Of a stretch of 64,000 bases of DNA, positions 21,801-34,800 are shown piece after piece (the first letter of the stretch is position 1; each line of letters opens with the position of its first letter). Position numbers and translations under genes: made by a program. The DNA comes from Ranitomeya imitator (Eukaryota), in assembly GCF_032444005.1 (NCBI RefSeq), contig NC_091291.1, positions 4,092,001-4,156,000 on the forward strand, given 5' to 3'. The notes beneath the pieces were generated by a model that searched no databases, was not told the DNA's origin, and saw only the letters and a program-made list of their open reading frames with translations.

Positions 21801-24800
21801 CGCTGAGCCGTGTATCTAATCCTCTCCTGTGTGATACTGTCTACTGAGCCGTGTATCTAATCCTCTCCTGTGTGATACTGTCTGCTGAGCCGTGTATCTA
21901 ATCCTATCCTGTGTGATACTGACTGCTGAGCTGTGTATCTAATCCTGTCCTGTGTGATACTGTCTGCTGAGCCGTGTATCTAATCCTCTCCTGTGTGATA
22001 CTGTCTGCTGAGCCGTGTATCTAATCCTCTCCTGTGTGATACTGACTGCTGAGCCGTGTATCTAATCCTCTCCTGTGTGATACTGACTGCTGAGCTGTAT
22101 CTAATCCTCTCCTGTGTGATACTGTCTGCTGAGCCGTGTATCTAATCCTCTCCTGTGTGATACTGACTGCTGAGCCGTGTATCTAATCCTCCCCTGTGTG
22201 ATACGGTCTGCTGAGCCGTGTATCTAATCCTCTCCTGTGTGATACTGACTGCTGAGCTGTATCTAATCCTCTCCTGTGTGATACTGACTGCTGAGCTGTA
22301 TCTAATCCTCTCTTGTGTGATACTGACTGCTGAGCCGTGTATCTAATCCTCTCCTGTGTGATACTGACTGCTGAGCCGTGTATCTAATCCTATCCTGTGT
22401 GATACTGACTGCTGAGCCGTGTATCTAATCCTCTCCTGTGTGATACTGACTGCTGAGCCGTGTATCTAATCCTCTCCTGTGTGATACTGACTGCTGAGCC
22501 GTGTATCTAATCCTCTCCTGTGTGATACTGTCTGCTGAGCTGTATCTAATCCTCTCCTGTGTGATACTGACTGCTGAGCCGTGTATCTAATCCTCCCCTG
22601 TGTGATACTGACTGCTGAGCTGTATCTAATCCTCCCCTGTGTGATACTGACTGCTGAGCTGTATCTAATCCTCTCCTGTGTGATACTGACTGCTGAGCTG
22701 TATCTAATCCTCTCCTGTGTGATACCATCTGCTGAGCCGTGTATCTAATCCTCTCCTGTGTGATACTGACTGCTGAGCCGTGTATCTAATCCTCTCCTGT
22801 GTGATACTGACTGCTTAGCCGTGTATCTAATCCTCTCCTGTGTGATACTGACTGCTGAGCCGTGTATCTAATCCTCTCCTGTGTGATACTGGCTGCTGAG
22901 CCGTATATCTAATCCTCTCCTGTGTGATACTGACTGCTGAGCCGTGTATCTAATCCTCTCCTGTGTGATACTGACTGCTGAGCTGTGTATCTAATCCTCT
23001 CCTGTGTGATACTGTTTGCTGAGCCGTGTATCTAATCCTCTCCTGTGTGATACTGTCTGCTGAGCCGTGTATCTAATCCTCTCCTGTGTGATACTGACTG
23101 CTGAGCCGTGTATCTAATCCTCTCGTGTGTGATACTGTCTGCTGAGCCGTGTATCTAATCCTCTCCTGTGTGATACTGTCTGCTGAGCCGTGTATCTAAT
23201 CCTCTCCTGTGTGATACTGTCTGCTGAGCTGTATCTAATCCTCTCCTGTGTGATACTGACTGCTGAGCCGTGTATCTAATCCTCTCCTGTGTGATACTGA
23301 CTGCTGAGCCGTGTATCTAATCCTCTCCTGTGTGATACTGACTGCTGAGCCGTGTATCTAATCCTCTCCTGTGTGATACTGACTGCTGAGCTGTGTATCT
23401 AATCCTCCCCTGTGTGATACTGACTGCTGAGCCGTGTATCTAATCCTCTCCTGTGTGATACTGTCTGCTGAGCCGTGTATCTAATCCTCTCCTGTGTGAT
23501 ACTGACTGCTGAGCCGTGTATCTAATCCTCTCCTGTGTGATACTGACTGCTGAGCTGTATCTAATCCTCTCCTGTGTGATACTGTCTGCTGAGCCGTGTA
23601 TCTAATCCTCTCCTGTGTGATACTGACTGCTGAGCCGTGTATCTAATCCTCCCCTGTGTGATACGGTCTGCTGAGCCGTGTATCTAATCCTCTCCTGTGT
23701 GATACTGACTGCTGAGCTGTATCTAATCCTCTCCTGTGTGATACTGACTGCTGAGCCGTGTATCTAATCCTCTCCTGTGTGATACTGTCTGCTGAGCTGT
23801 ATCTAATCCTCTCCTGTGTGATACTGACTGCTGAGCCGTGTATCTAATCCTCTCCTGTGTGATACTGTCTGCTGAGCTGTATCTAATCCTCTCCTGTGTG
23901 ATACTGACTGCTGAGCCGTGTATCTAATCCTCTCCTGTGTGATACTGACTGCTGAGCTGTATCTAATCCTCTCCTGTGTGATACTGACTGCTGAGCCGTG
24001 TATCTAATCCTCTCCTGTGTGATACTGTCTGCTGAACTGTATCTAATCCTCTCCTGTGTGATACTGACTGCTGAGCCGTGTATCTAATCCTCTCCTGTGT
24101 GATACTGACTGCTGAGCCGTGTATCTAATCCTCTCCTGTGTGATACTGACTGCTGAGCCGTGTATCTAATCCTCTCCTGTGTGATACTGACTGCTGAGCC
24201 GTGTATCTAATCCTCTCCTGTGTGAAACTGACTGCTGAGCCGTGTATCTAATCCTCTCCTGTGTGATACTGTCTGCTGAGCTGTATCTAATCCTCTCCTG
24301 TGTGATACTGACTGCTGAGCCGTGTATCTAATCCTCTCCTGTGTGATACTGTCTGCTGAGCCGTGTATCTAATCCTCTCCTGTGTGATACTGACTGCTGA
24401 GCCGTGTATCTAATCCTCTCCTGTGTGAAACTGACTGCTGAGCCGTGTATCTAATCCTCTCCTGTGTGATACTGTCTGCTGAGCTGTATCTAATCCTCTC
24501 CTGTGTGATACTGTCTGCTGAGCCGTGTATCTAATCCTATCCTGTGTGATACTGACTGCTGAGCCGTGTATCTAATCCTCTCCTGTGTGATACTGACTGC
24601 TGAGCCGTGTATCTAATCCTCTCCTGTGTGATACTGTCTGCTGAGCCGTGTATCTAATCCTATCCTGTGTGATACTGTCTGCTGAGCCGTGTATCTAATC
24701 CTCTCCTGTGTGATACTGACTGCTGAGCCGTGTATCTAATCCTCTCCTGTGTGATACTGTCTGCTGAGCCGTGTATCTAATCCTGTCCTGTGTGATACTG

Positions 24801-27800
24801 ACTGCTGAGCCGTGTATCTAATCCTCTCCTGTGTGATACTGACTGCTGAGCCGTGTATCTAATCCTCTCCTGTGTGATACTGACTGCTGAGCTGTATCTA
24901 ATCCTCTCCTGTGTGATACTGACTGCTGAGCCGTGTATCTAATCCTCTCCTGTGTGATACTGACTGCTGAGCTGTATCTAATCCTCTCCTGTGTGATACT
25001 GACTGCTGAGCTGTATCTAATCCTCTCCTGTGTGATACTGACTGCTGATCCGTGTATCTAATCCTCTCCTGTGTGATACTGTCTGCTGAGCCGTGTATCT
25101 AATCCTCTTCTGTGTGATACTGTCTGCTGAGCCGTGTATCTAATCCTATCCTGTGTGATACTGACTGCTGAGCCGTGTATCTAATCCTCTCCTGTGTGAT
25201 ACTGACTGCTGAGCTGTATCTAATCCTCCCCTGTGTGATACTGTCTGCTGAGCCGTGTATCTAATCCTCTCCTGTGTGATACTGACTGCTGAGCCGTGTA
25301 TCTAATCCTATCCTGTGTGATACTGACTGCTGAGCCGTGTATCTAATCCTCTCCTGTGTGATACTGACTGCTGAGCCGTGTATCTAATCCTCTCCTGTGT
25401 GATACTGACTGCTGAGCCGTGTATCTAATCCTATCCTGTGTGATACTGACTGCTGAACTGTGTATCTAATCCTCTCCTGTGTGATACTGACTGCTGAGCC
25501 GTGTATCTAATCCTCTCCTGTGTGATACTGACTGCTGAGCCGTGTATCTAATCCTCTCCTGTGTGATACTGACTGCTGAGCCGTGTATCTAATCCTCTCC
25601 TGTGTGATACTGACTGCTGAGCTGTGTATCTAATCCTATCCTGTGTGATACTGACTGCTGAGCCGTGTATCTAATCCTCTCCTGTGTGATACTGACTGCT
25701 GAGCCGTGTATCTAATCCTATCCTGTGTGATACTGACTGCTGAGCCGTGTATCTAATCCTATCCTGTGTGATACTATCTGCTGAGCCGTGTATCTAATCC
25801 TCTCCTGTGTGATACTGACTGCTGAGCCGTGTATCTAATCCTCTCCTGTGTGATACTATCTGCTGAGCCGTGTATCTAATCCTCTCCTGTGTGATACTGA
25901 CTGCTGAGCCGTGTATCTAATCCTCTCCTGTGTGATACTGACTGCTGAGCCGTGTATCTAATCCTCTCCTGTGTGATACTGACTGCTGAGCCGTGTATCT
26001 AATCCTCTCCTGTGTGATACTGGCTGCTGAGCCGTGTATCTAATCCTCTCCTGTGTGATACTGACTGCTGAGCCGTGTATCTAATCCTCTCCTGTGTGAT
26101 ACTGACTGCTGAGCTGTGTATCTAATCCTCTCCTGTGTGATACTGTTTGCTGAGCCGTGTATCTAATCCTCTCCTGTGTGATACTGTCTGCTGAGCCGTG
26201 TATCTAATCCTCTCCTGTGTGATACTGACTGCTGAGCCGTGTATCTAATCCTCTCCTGTGTGATACTGTCTGCTGAGCCGTGTATCTAATCCTCTCCTGT
26301 GTGATACTGACTGCTGAGCCGTGTATCTAATCCTCTCCTGTGTGATACTGTTTGCTGAGCCGTATATCTAATCCTCTCCTGTGTGATACTGTCTGCTGAG
26401 CCGTGTATCTAATCCTCTCCTGTGTGATACTGACTGCTGAGCCGTGTATCTCATCCTCTCCTGTGTGATACTGACTGCTGAGCCGTGTATCTAATCCTCT
26501 CCTGTGTGATACTGTCTGCTGAGCCGTGTATCTAATCCTGTCCTGTGTGATACTGTCTGCTGAGCCGTTTATCTAATCCTCTCCTGTGTGATACTGACTG
26601 CTGAGCCGTGTATCTAATCATATCCTGTGTGATACTGACTGCTGAGCCGTGTATCTAATCCTCTCCTGTGTGATACTGACTGCTGAGCCGTGTATCTAAT
26701 CCTCTCCTGTGTGATACTGACTGCTGAGCCGTGTATCTAATCCTCTCCTGTGTGATACTGACTGCTGAGCCGTGTATCTAATCCTATCCTGTGTGATACT
26801 GACTGCTGAGCCGTGTATCTAATCCTCTCCTGTGTGATACTGACTGCTGAGCCGTGTATCTAATCCTATCCTGTGTGATACTGACTGCTGAGCCGTGTAT
26901 CTAATCCTATCCTGTGTGATACTATCTGCTGAGCCGTGTATCTAATCCTCTCCTGTGTGATACTGACTGCTGAGCCGTGTATCTAATCCTCTCCTGTGTG
27001 ATACTATCTGCTGAGCCGTGTATCTAATCCTCTCCTGTGTGATACTGACTGCTGAGCCGTGTATCTAATCCTCTCCTGTGTGATACTGACTGCTGAGCCG
27101 TGTATCTAATCCTCTCCTGTGTGATACTGACTGCTGAGCCGTGTATCTAATCCTCTCCTGTGTGATACTGGCTGCTGAGCCGTATATCTAATCCTCTCCT
27201 GTGTGATACTGACTGCTGAGCCGTGTATCTAATCCTCTCCTGTGTGATACTGACTGCTGAGCTGTGTATCTAATCCTCTCCTGTGTGATACTGTTTGCTG
27301 AGCCGTGTATCTAATCCTCTCCTGTGTGATACTGTCTGCTGAGCCGTGTATCTAATCCTCTCCTGTGTGATACTGACTGCTGAGCCGTGTATCTAATCCT
27401 CTCCTGTGTGATACTGTCTGCTGAGCCGTGTATCTAATCCTCTCCTGTGTGATACTGACTGCTGAGCCGTGTATCTAATCCTCTCCTGTGTGATACTGTT
27501 TGCTGAGCCGTATATCTAATCCTCTCCTGTGTGATACTGTCTGCTGAGCCGTGTATCTAATCCTCTCCTGTGTGATACTGACTGCTGAGCCGTGTATCTA
27601 ATCCTCTCCTGTGTGATACTGTCTGCTGAGCCGTGTATCTATTCCTGTCCTGTGTGATACTGTCTGCTGAGCCGTTTATCTAATCCTCTCCTGTGTGATA
27701 CTGACTGCTGAGCCGTGTATCTAATCCTCTCCTGTGTGATACTGACTGCTGAGCCGTGTATCTAATCCTCTCCTGTGTGATACTGACTGCTGAGCCGTGT

Positions 27801-30734
27801 ATCTAATCCTCTCCTGTGTGATACTGTCTGCTGAGCCGTGTATCTAATCCTCTCCTGTGTGATACTGACTGCTGAGCCGTGTATCTAATCCTCTCCTGTG
27901 TGATACTGACTGCTGAGCCGTGTATCTAATCCTATCCTGTGTGATACTGTCTGCTGAGCCGTGTATCTAATCCTGTCCTGTGTGATACTGACTGCTGAGC
28001 AGTGTATCTAATCCTCTCCTGTGTGATACTGTCTGCTGAGCCGTGTATCTAATCCTGTCCTGTGTGATACTGACTGCTGAGCAGTGTATCTAATCCTCTC
28101 CTGTGTGATACTGTCTGCTGAGCCGTGTATCTAATCCTCTCCTGTGTGATACTGACTGCTGAGCCGTGTATCTAATCCTCTCCTGTGTGATACTGACTGC
28201 TGAGCCGTGTATCTAATCCTCTCCTGTGTGATACTGACTGCTGAGCCGTGTATCTAATCCTCTCCTGTGTGATACTGACTGCTGAGCAGTGTATCTAATC
28301 CTCTCCTGTGTGATACTGTCTGCTGAGCCGTGTATCTAATCCTGTCCTGTGTGATACTGACTGCTGAGCCGTGTATCTAATCCTCTCCTGTGTGATACTG
28401 TCTGCTGAGCCGTGTATCTAATCCTCTCCTGTGTGATACTGACTGCTGAGCCGTGTATCTAATCCTCTCCTGTGTGATACTGTCTGCTGAGCCGTGTATC
28501 TAATCCTCTCCTGTGTGATACTGACTGCTGAGCCGTGTATCTAATCCTCTCCTGTGTGATACTGACTGCTGAGCCGTGTATCTAATCCTATCCTGTGTGA
28601 TACTGACTGCTGAGCCGTGTATCTAATCCTCTCCTGTGTGATACTGTCTGCTGAGCCGTGTATCTAATCCTCTCCTGTGTGATACTGACTGCTGAGCCGT
28701 GTATCTAATCCTCTCCTGTGTGATACTGACTGCTGAGCCGTGTATCTAATCCTCTCCTGTGTGATACTGACTGCTGAGCCGTGTATCTAATCCTCTCCTG
28801 TGTGATACTGACTGCTGAGCCGTGTATCTAATCCTGTCCTGTGTGATACTGACTGCTGAGCCGTGTATCTAATCCTCTCCTGTGTGATACTGACTGCTGA
28901 GCCGTGTATCTAATCCTCTCCTGTGTGATACTGACTGCTGAGCCGTGTATCTAATCCTCTCCTGTGTGATACTGACTGCTGAGCCGTGTATCTAATCCTC
29001 TCCTGTGTGATACTGACTGCTGAGCTGTGTATCTAATCCTCTCCTGTGTGATACTGACTGCTGAGCCGTGTATCTAATCCTCTCCTGTGTGATACTGACT
29101 GCTGAGCCGTGTATCTAATCCTGTCCTGTGTGATACTGACTGCTGAGCCGTGTATCTAATCCTCTCCTGTGTGATACTGACCGCTGAGCCGTGTATCTAA
29201 TCCTCTCCTGTGTGATACTGACTGCTGAGCCGTGTATCTAATCCTCTCCTGTGTGATACTGACTGCTGAGCCGTGTATCTAATCCTCTCCTGTGTGATAC
29301 TGACTGCTGAGCCGTGTATCTAATCCTCTCCTGTGTGATACTGACTGCTGAGCCGTGTATCTAATCATATCCTGTGTGATACTGACTCCTGAGCCGTGTA
29401 TCTAATCCTCTCCTGTGTGATACTGACTGCTGAGCCGTGTATCTAATCCTCTCCTGTGTGATACTGACTGCTGAGCCGTGTATCTAATCCTCTCCTGTGT
29501 GATACTGACTGCTGAGCTGTGTATCTAATCCTCTCCTGTGTGATACTGACTGCTGAGCCGTGTATCTAATCCTCTCCTGTGTGATACTGACTGCTGAGCC
29601 GTGTATCTAATCATATTCTGTGTGATACTGACTCCTGATCCGTGTATCTAATCCTCTCCTGTGTGATACTGACTGCTGAGCCGTGTATCTAATCCTCTCC
29701 TGTGTGATACTGACTGCTGAGCCGTGTATCTAATCCTCTCCTGTGTGATACTGACTGCTGAGCTGTGTATCTAATCCTCTCCTGTGTGATACTGACTGCT
29801 GAGCCGTGTATCTAATCCTCTCCTGTGTGATACTGTCTGCTGATCTGTGTATCTAATCCTCTCCTGTGTGATACTGTCTGCTGATCTGTGTATCTAATCC
29901 TCTCCTGTGTGATACTGTCTGCTGATCTGTGTATCTAATCCTCTCCTGTGTGATACTGACTGCTGAGCCGTGTATCTAATCCTCTCCTGTGTGATACTGA
30001 CTGCTGAGCCGTGTATCTAATCCTCTCCTGTGTGATACTGTCTGCTGATCTGTGTATCTAATCCTCTCCTGTGTGATACTGTCTGCTGATCTGTGTATCT
30101 AATCCTCTCCTGTGTGATACTGTCTGCTGATCTGTGTATCTAATCCTCTCCTGTGTGATACTGACTGCTGAGCCGTGTATCTAATCCTCTCCTGTGTGAT
30201 ACTGACTGCTGAGCCGTGTATCTAATCCTCTCCTGTGTGATACTCAATGCTGAGCCGTGTATCTAATCCTATCCTGTGTGATACTGACTGCTGAGCCGTG
30301 TATCTAATCCTATCCTGTGTGATACTGTCTGCTGAGCCGTGTATCTAACCCTCTCCTGTGTGATACTGACTGCTGAGCCGTGTATCTAATCCTCTCCTGT
30401 GTGATACTGACTGCTGAGCCGTGTATCTAATCCTCTCCTGTGTGATACTCAATGCTGAGCCGTGTATCTAATCCTCTCCTGTGTGATACTGACTGCTGAG
30501 CCGTGTATCTCATCCTCTCCTGTGTGATACTGACTGCTGAGCCGTGTATCTAATCCTATCCTGTGTGATACTGACTGCTGAGCCGTGTATCTAATCCTCT
30601 CCTGTGTGATACTGACTGCTGAGCCGTGTATCTCATCCTCTCCTGTGTGATACTGTCTGCTGAGCTGTGTATCTAATCCTCTCCTGTGTGATACTGACTG
30701 CTGAGCCGTGTATCTAATCCTCTCCTGTGTGATA
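21801..30734. repeat. Minisatellite, 41 bp unit (39 bp variant) GCTGAGCCGTGTATCTAATCCTCTCCTGTGTGATACTG(A/T)CT, ~218 copies
   Basis: Direct tandem repeat with stops in most frames. Confidence 0.98.
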
Positions 30735-30874
30735 TCTAATGAGATAAATGGTAAATTCCTTTGGTTCAGGATCGGTTACAGGTTATTCTGGATTATCGGA
30801 TATTCATGGACTAGTAGATATAATATGCAAATTACCTCTTCTGAGAAAAATAGATGGTATGTCACTCTCCATAA

Positions 30875-31269
30875 GGGCAGTCCCACACGTCCAGATAATT
30901 GCGGTACCGGAATTATCCGTGTCCGTGTGCCCGTGCGTTTCTGTGGCACATCAGTGTGACGCCCGTGTGCCGCCCGTATGCCCACTGGGTACCACAGAGG
31001 GTGGGTGGGGGGTGGGGACATGGACCTTTATTTTAAACACGATTATTCTCTACAGCAAACGCTGCTGCAGAGAAGATATGAATCGCGGCTTCAGCACCAG
31101 ATGCAGGGGACAGCGCTAAACTTTAGCGCTGTCTCCTGCACGGTGCGTGTGGTACCCAGTGGGCACACGGGCGGCACACGGGCGACACACTGATGTGCCA
31201 CAGAAACGTAGGGGCACATGGACACGGATAATTCCGGTACCGCAATTATCTGGACCTGTGAGACTGCCC
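30875..31269. mobile_element. MITE with ~120-bp TIRs, PIF/Harbinger-like
   Basis: GGGCAGTCCCACACGTCCAGATAATTGCGGTACCGGAATTATCCGTGTCC...GGGTACCAC is mirrored by GTGGTACCCAGTGGGCAC...GCAATTATCTGGACCTGTGAGACTGCCC. Preceded by TAA. Confidence 0.88.
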
Positions 31270-31271
31270 TT

Positions 31272-31390
31272 TGTCACACGGAGACACGGTCCGCAAAAAA
31301 TCTATGACCTCTGCACAGAAGCATTGTGGCTCCGGTACGTGAGGAAACTGTCACCACACGTACCGGAGCCACTGACGTGTGACACCGGCC
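31272..31390. mobile_element. Second MITE remnant lacking its left terminus
   Basis: Starts TGTCACACG and ends CGTGTGACACCGGCC + TAA. Internal inverted pair GTGGCTCCGGTACGTG / CACGTACCGGAGCCAC. Confidence 0.7.
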
Positions 31391-31748
31391 TAAGGAGACA
31401 CGTTGCCCTTCGACCCCAGTCCAGAGCCTCTCACCGAGCCAAATTAGTTCTCACGCTTCGCACTGACGAGGGCCAACAGCCCGAAACACCGAGTCTGCGA
31501 ATTGAGATACTGATTTGGCTTTAATCCTAAGTCATATTGCACGACTCGTTAGAGGGTTGATTGTGACTTGTAAGATCGCTGCTTCCAACAGGTGGCGCTA
31601 TAGAGTTAAGTCCTCTTTTTCTCAGAAGAGGCAATTTGCATATTATATTTCCCAGAGGAGCATTGCACGGTGAATAAGCCTCCTCACCTTGACAAGCCAG
31701 AGCTGCTATGTCACTCTCCATAAGGAGAAACGATGCCCCTTAGACCCC
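31391..31748 (+). mobile_element. Retrozyme / Penelope pLTR-like unit: 330-bp monomer plus start of a second
   Basis: TAAGGAGACACGTTGCCCTTCGACCCC at 31391 recurs as TAAGGAGAAACGATGCCCCTTAGACCCC at 31721. TATGTCACTCTCCATAA precedes both (30858-30874, separated by the MITE insertion, and 31707-31723). Contains a hammerhead ribozyme. Confidence 0.7.
31436..31519 (+). ncRNA. Type I hammerhead ribozyme
   Basis: Helix I TTCGCA (31457-62) / TGCGAA (31496-501). Core CTGACGA (31463-69). Helix II GGGC-CAACA-GCCC. GAAAC (31483-87). GTC cleavage triplet (31493-95). Helix I extends through TCTCA/TGAGA and GCCAAATTAG/CTGATTTGGC. Confidence 0.85.
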
Positions 31749-31823
31749 TGGACCAGTAGAAACATTTTCCATTACAGCTGTTTGAAATCTATTCCTGACA
31801 GAGTCTGATATCACCTCATAGGC

Positions 31824-34800
31824 TGCCGGATTATCAGACGTTATGGAGCAGTGGATGCCGGATTATCAGACGTTATGGAGCAGTGGATGCCGGATTATCA
31901 GACGTTATGGAGCAGTGGATGCCGGATTATCAGACGTTATGGAGCAGTGGATGCCGGATTATCAGACGTTATGGAGCAGTGGATGCCGGATTATCAGACG
32001 TTATGGAGCAGTGGATGCCGGATTATCAGACATTATGGAGCAGTGGATGCCGGATTATCAGACGTTATGGAGCAGTGGATGCCGGATTATCAGACGTTAT
32101 GGAGCAGTGGATGCCGGATTATCAGACGTTATGGAGCAGTGGATGCCGGATTATCAGACGTTATGGAGCAGTGGATGCCGGATTATCAGACGTTATGGAG
32201 CAGTGGATGCCGGATTATCAGACGTTATGGAGCAGTGGATGCCGGATTATCAGACGTTATGGAGCAGTGGATGCCGGATTATCAGACGTTATGGAGCAGA
32301 GGATGTCGGATTATCAGACGTTATGGAGCAGTGGATGCCGGATTATCAGACGTTATGGAGCAGTGGATGCCGGATTATCGGACGTTATGGAGCAGTGGAT
32401 GCCGGATTATCAGACGTTATGGAGCAGTGGATGTCGGATTATCAGACGTTATGGAGCAGTGGCTGTCGGATTATCGGACATTATTGAGCAGTGGATGCCG
32501 GATTATCAGACATTATTGAGCAGTGGATGCCGGATTATCAGACATTATTGAGCAGTGGATGTCGGATTATCAGACATTATTGAGCAGTGGATGCCGGATT
32601 ATCAGACGTTATGGAGCAGTGGATGCCGGATTATCAGACGTTATGGAGCAGAGGCTGTCGGATTATCGGACATTATTGAGCAGTGGCTGTCGGATTATCG
32701 GACATTATTGAGCAGTGGATGCCGGATTATCAGACGTTATGGAGCAGTGGATGCCGGATTATCAGACGTTATTGAGCAGTGGCTGTCGGATTATCAGACA
32801 TTATTGAGCAGTGGCTGTCGGATTATCGGACGTTATGGAGCAGTGGATGCCGGATTATCAGACGTTATGGAGCAGTGGATGCCGGATTATCAGACGTTAT
32901 GGAGCAGTGGATGCCGGATTATCAGACGTTATGGAGCAGTGGATGCCGGATTATCAGACGTTATGGAGCAGTGGATGCCGGATTATCAGACATTATTGAG
33001 CAGTGGATGCCGGATTATCAGACGTTATGGAGCAGTGGATGCCGGATTATCAGACGTTATGGAGCAGTGGATGCCGGATTATCGGACATTATTGAGCAGT
33101 GGATGCCGGATTATCAGACGTTATGGAGCAGTGGATGCCGGATTATCAGACGTTATGGTGCAGTGGATGCCGGATTATCAGACATTATTGAGCAGTGGAT
33201 GCCGGATTATCAGACATCATTGAGCAGTGGATGCCGGATTATCAGACGTTATGGAGCAGTGGATGCCGGATTATCAGACATTATTGAGCAGTGGATGCCG
33301 GATTATCAAACATTATTGAGCAGAGGCTGTCGGATTATCAGACATTATTGAGCAGTGGATGCCGGATTATCGGACATTATTGAGCAGTGGATGCCGGATT
33401 ATCAGACATTATTGAGCAGTGGATGCCGGATTATCGGACATTATTGAGCAGTGGATGCCGGATTATCAGACATTATTGAGCAGTGGATGCCGGATTATCA
33501 GACATTATGGAGCAGTGGATGCCGGATTATCGGACGTTATGGAGCAGTGGATGCCGGATTATCAGACGTTATGGAGCAGTGGATGCCGGATTATCGGACG
33601 TTATGGAGCAGTGGATGCCGGATTATCAGACGTTATGGAGCAGAGGCTGTCGGATTATCAGACGTTATGGAGCAGTGGATGCCGGATTATCGGACGTTAT
33701 GGAGCAGTGGATGCCGGATTATCGGACGTTATGGGGCAGAGGCTGTCGGATTATCAGACGTTATGGAGCAGTGGATGCCGGATTATCGGACGTTATGGAG
33801 CAGTGGATGCCGGATTATCGGACGTTATGGGGCAGAGGCTGTCGGATTATCAGACGTTATGGAGCAGAGGCTGTCGGATTATCGGATGTTATGGAGCAGT
33901 GGATGCCGGATTATCGGATGTTATGGAGCAGTGGATGCCGGATTATCGGACGTTATTGAGCAGTGGATGCCGGATTATCGGACGTTATGGAGCAGTGGAT
34001 GCCGGATTATCGGACGTTATGGTGCAGTGGATGCCGGATTATCGGACGTTATGGAGCAGTGGATGTCGGATTATCGGACATTATGGTGCAGTGGATGTCG
34101 GATTATCGGACGTTATGGAGCAGTGGATGCCGGATTATCGGACGTTATGGTGCTGTGGATGTCGGATTATTGGACGTTATGGTGCAGTGGATGTCGGATT
34201 ATTGGACGTTATGGAGCAGTGGATGCCGGATTATTGGACGTTATGGAGCAGTGGATGCCGGATTATCGGACGTTATGGAGCAGTGGATGCCGGAATATTA
34301 GATGTTATGGAGCAGTGGATGTCGGATTATCGGACGTTATGGAGCAGAGGCTGCCGGATTATCGGACGTTATGGAGCAGTGGATGCCGGATTATCGGACG
34401 TTATGGAGCAGTGGATGCCGGATTATCGGACGTTATGGAGCAGTGGATGCCGGATTATCGGACGTTATGGAGCAGTGGATGCCGGATTATCGGACGTTAT
34501 GGAGCAGTGGATGCCGGATTATCGGACGTTATGGAGCAGTGGATGCCGGATTATCGGACGTTATGGAGCAGTGGATGTCGGATTATCGGATGTTATGGTG
34601 CAGTGGATGCCGGATTATCGGACGTTATGGTGCAGTGGATGTCGGATTATCGGACGTTATGGTGCAGTGGATGTCGGATTATCGGACGTTATGGAGCAGT
34701 GGATGTCGGATTATCAGACGTTATGGTGCAGTGGATGCCGGATTATCAGACGTTATGGTGCAGTGGATGCCGGATTATCAGACGTTATGGTGCAGTGGAT

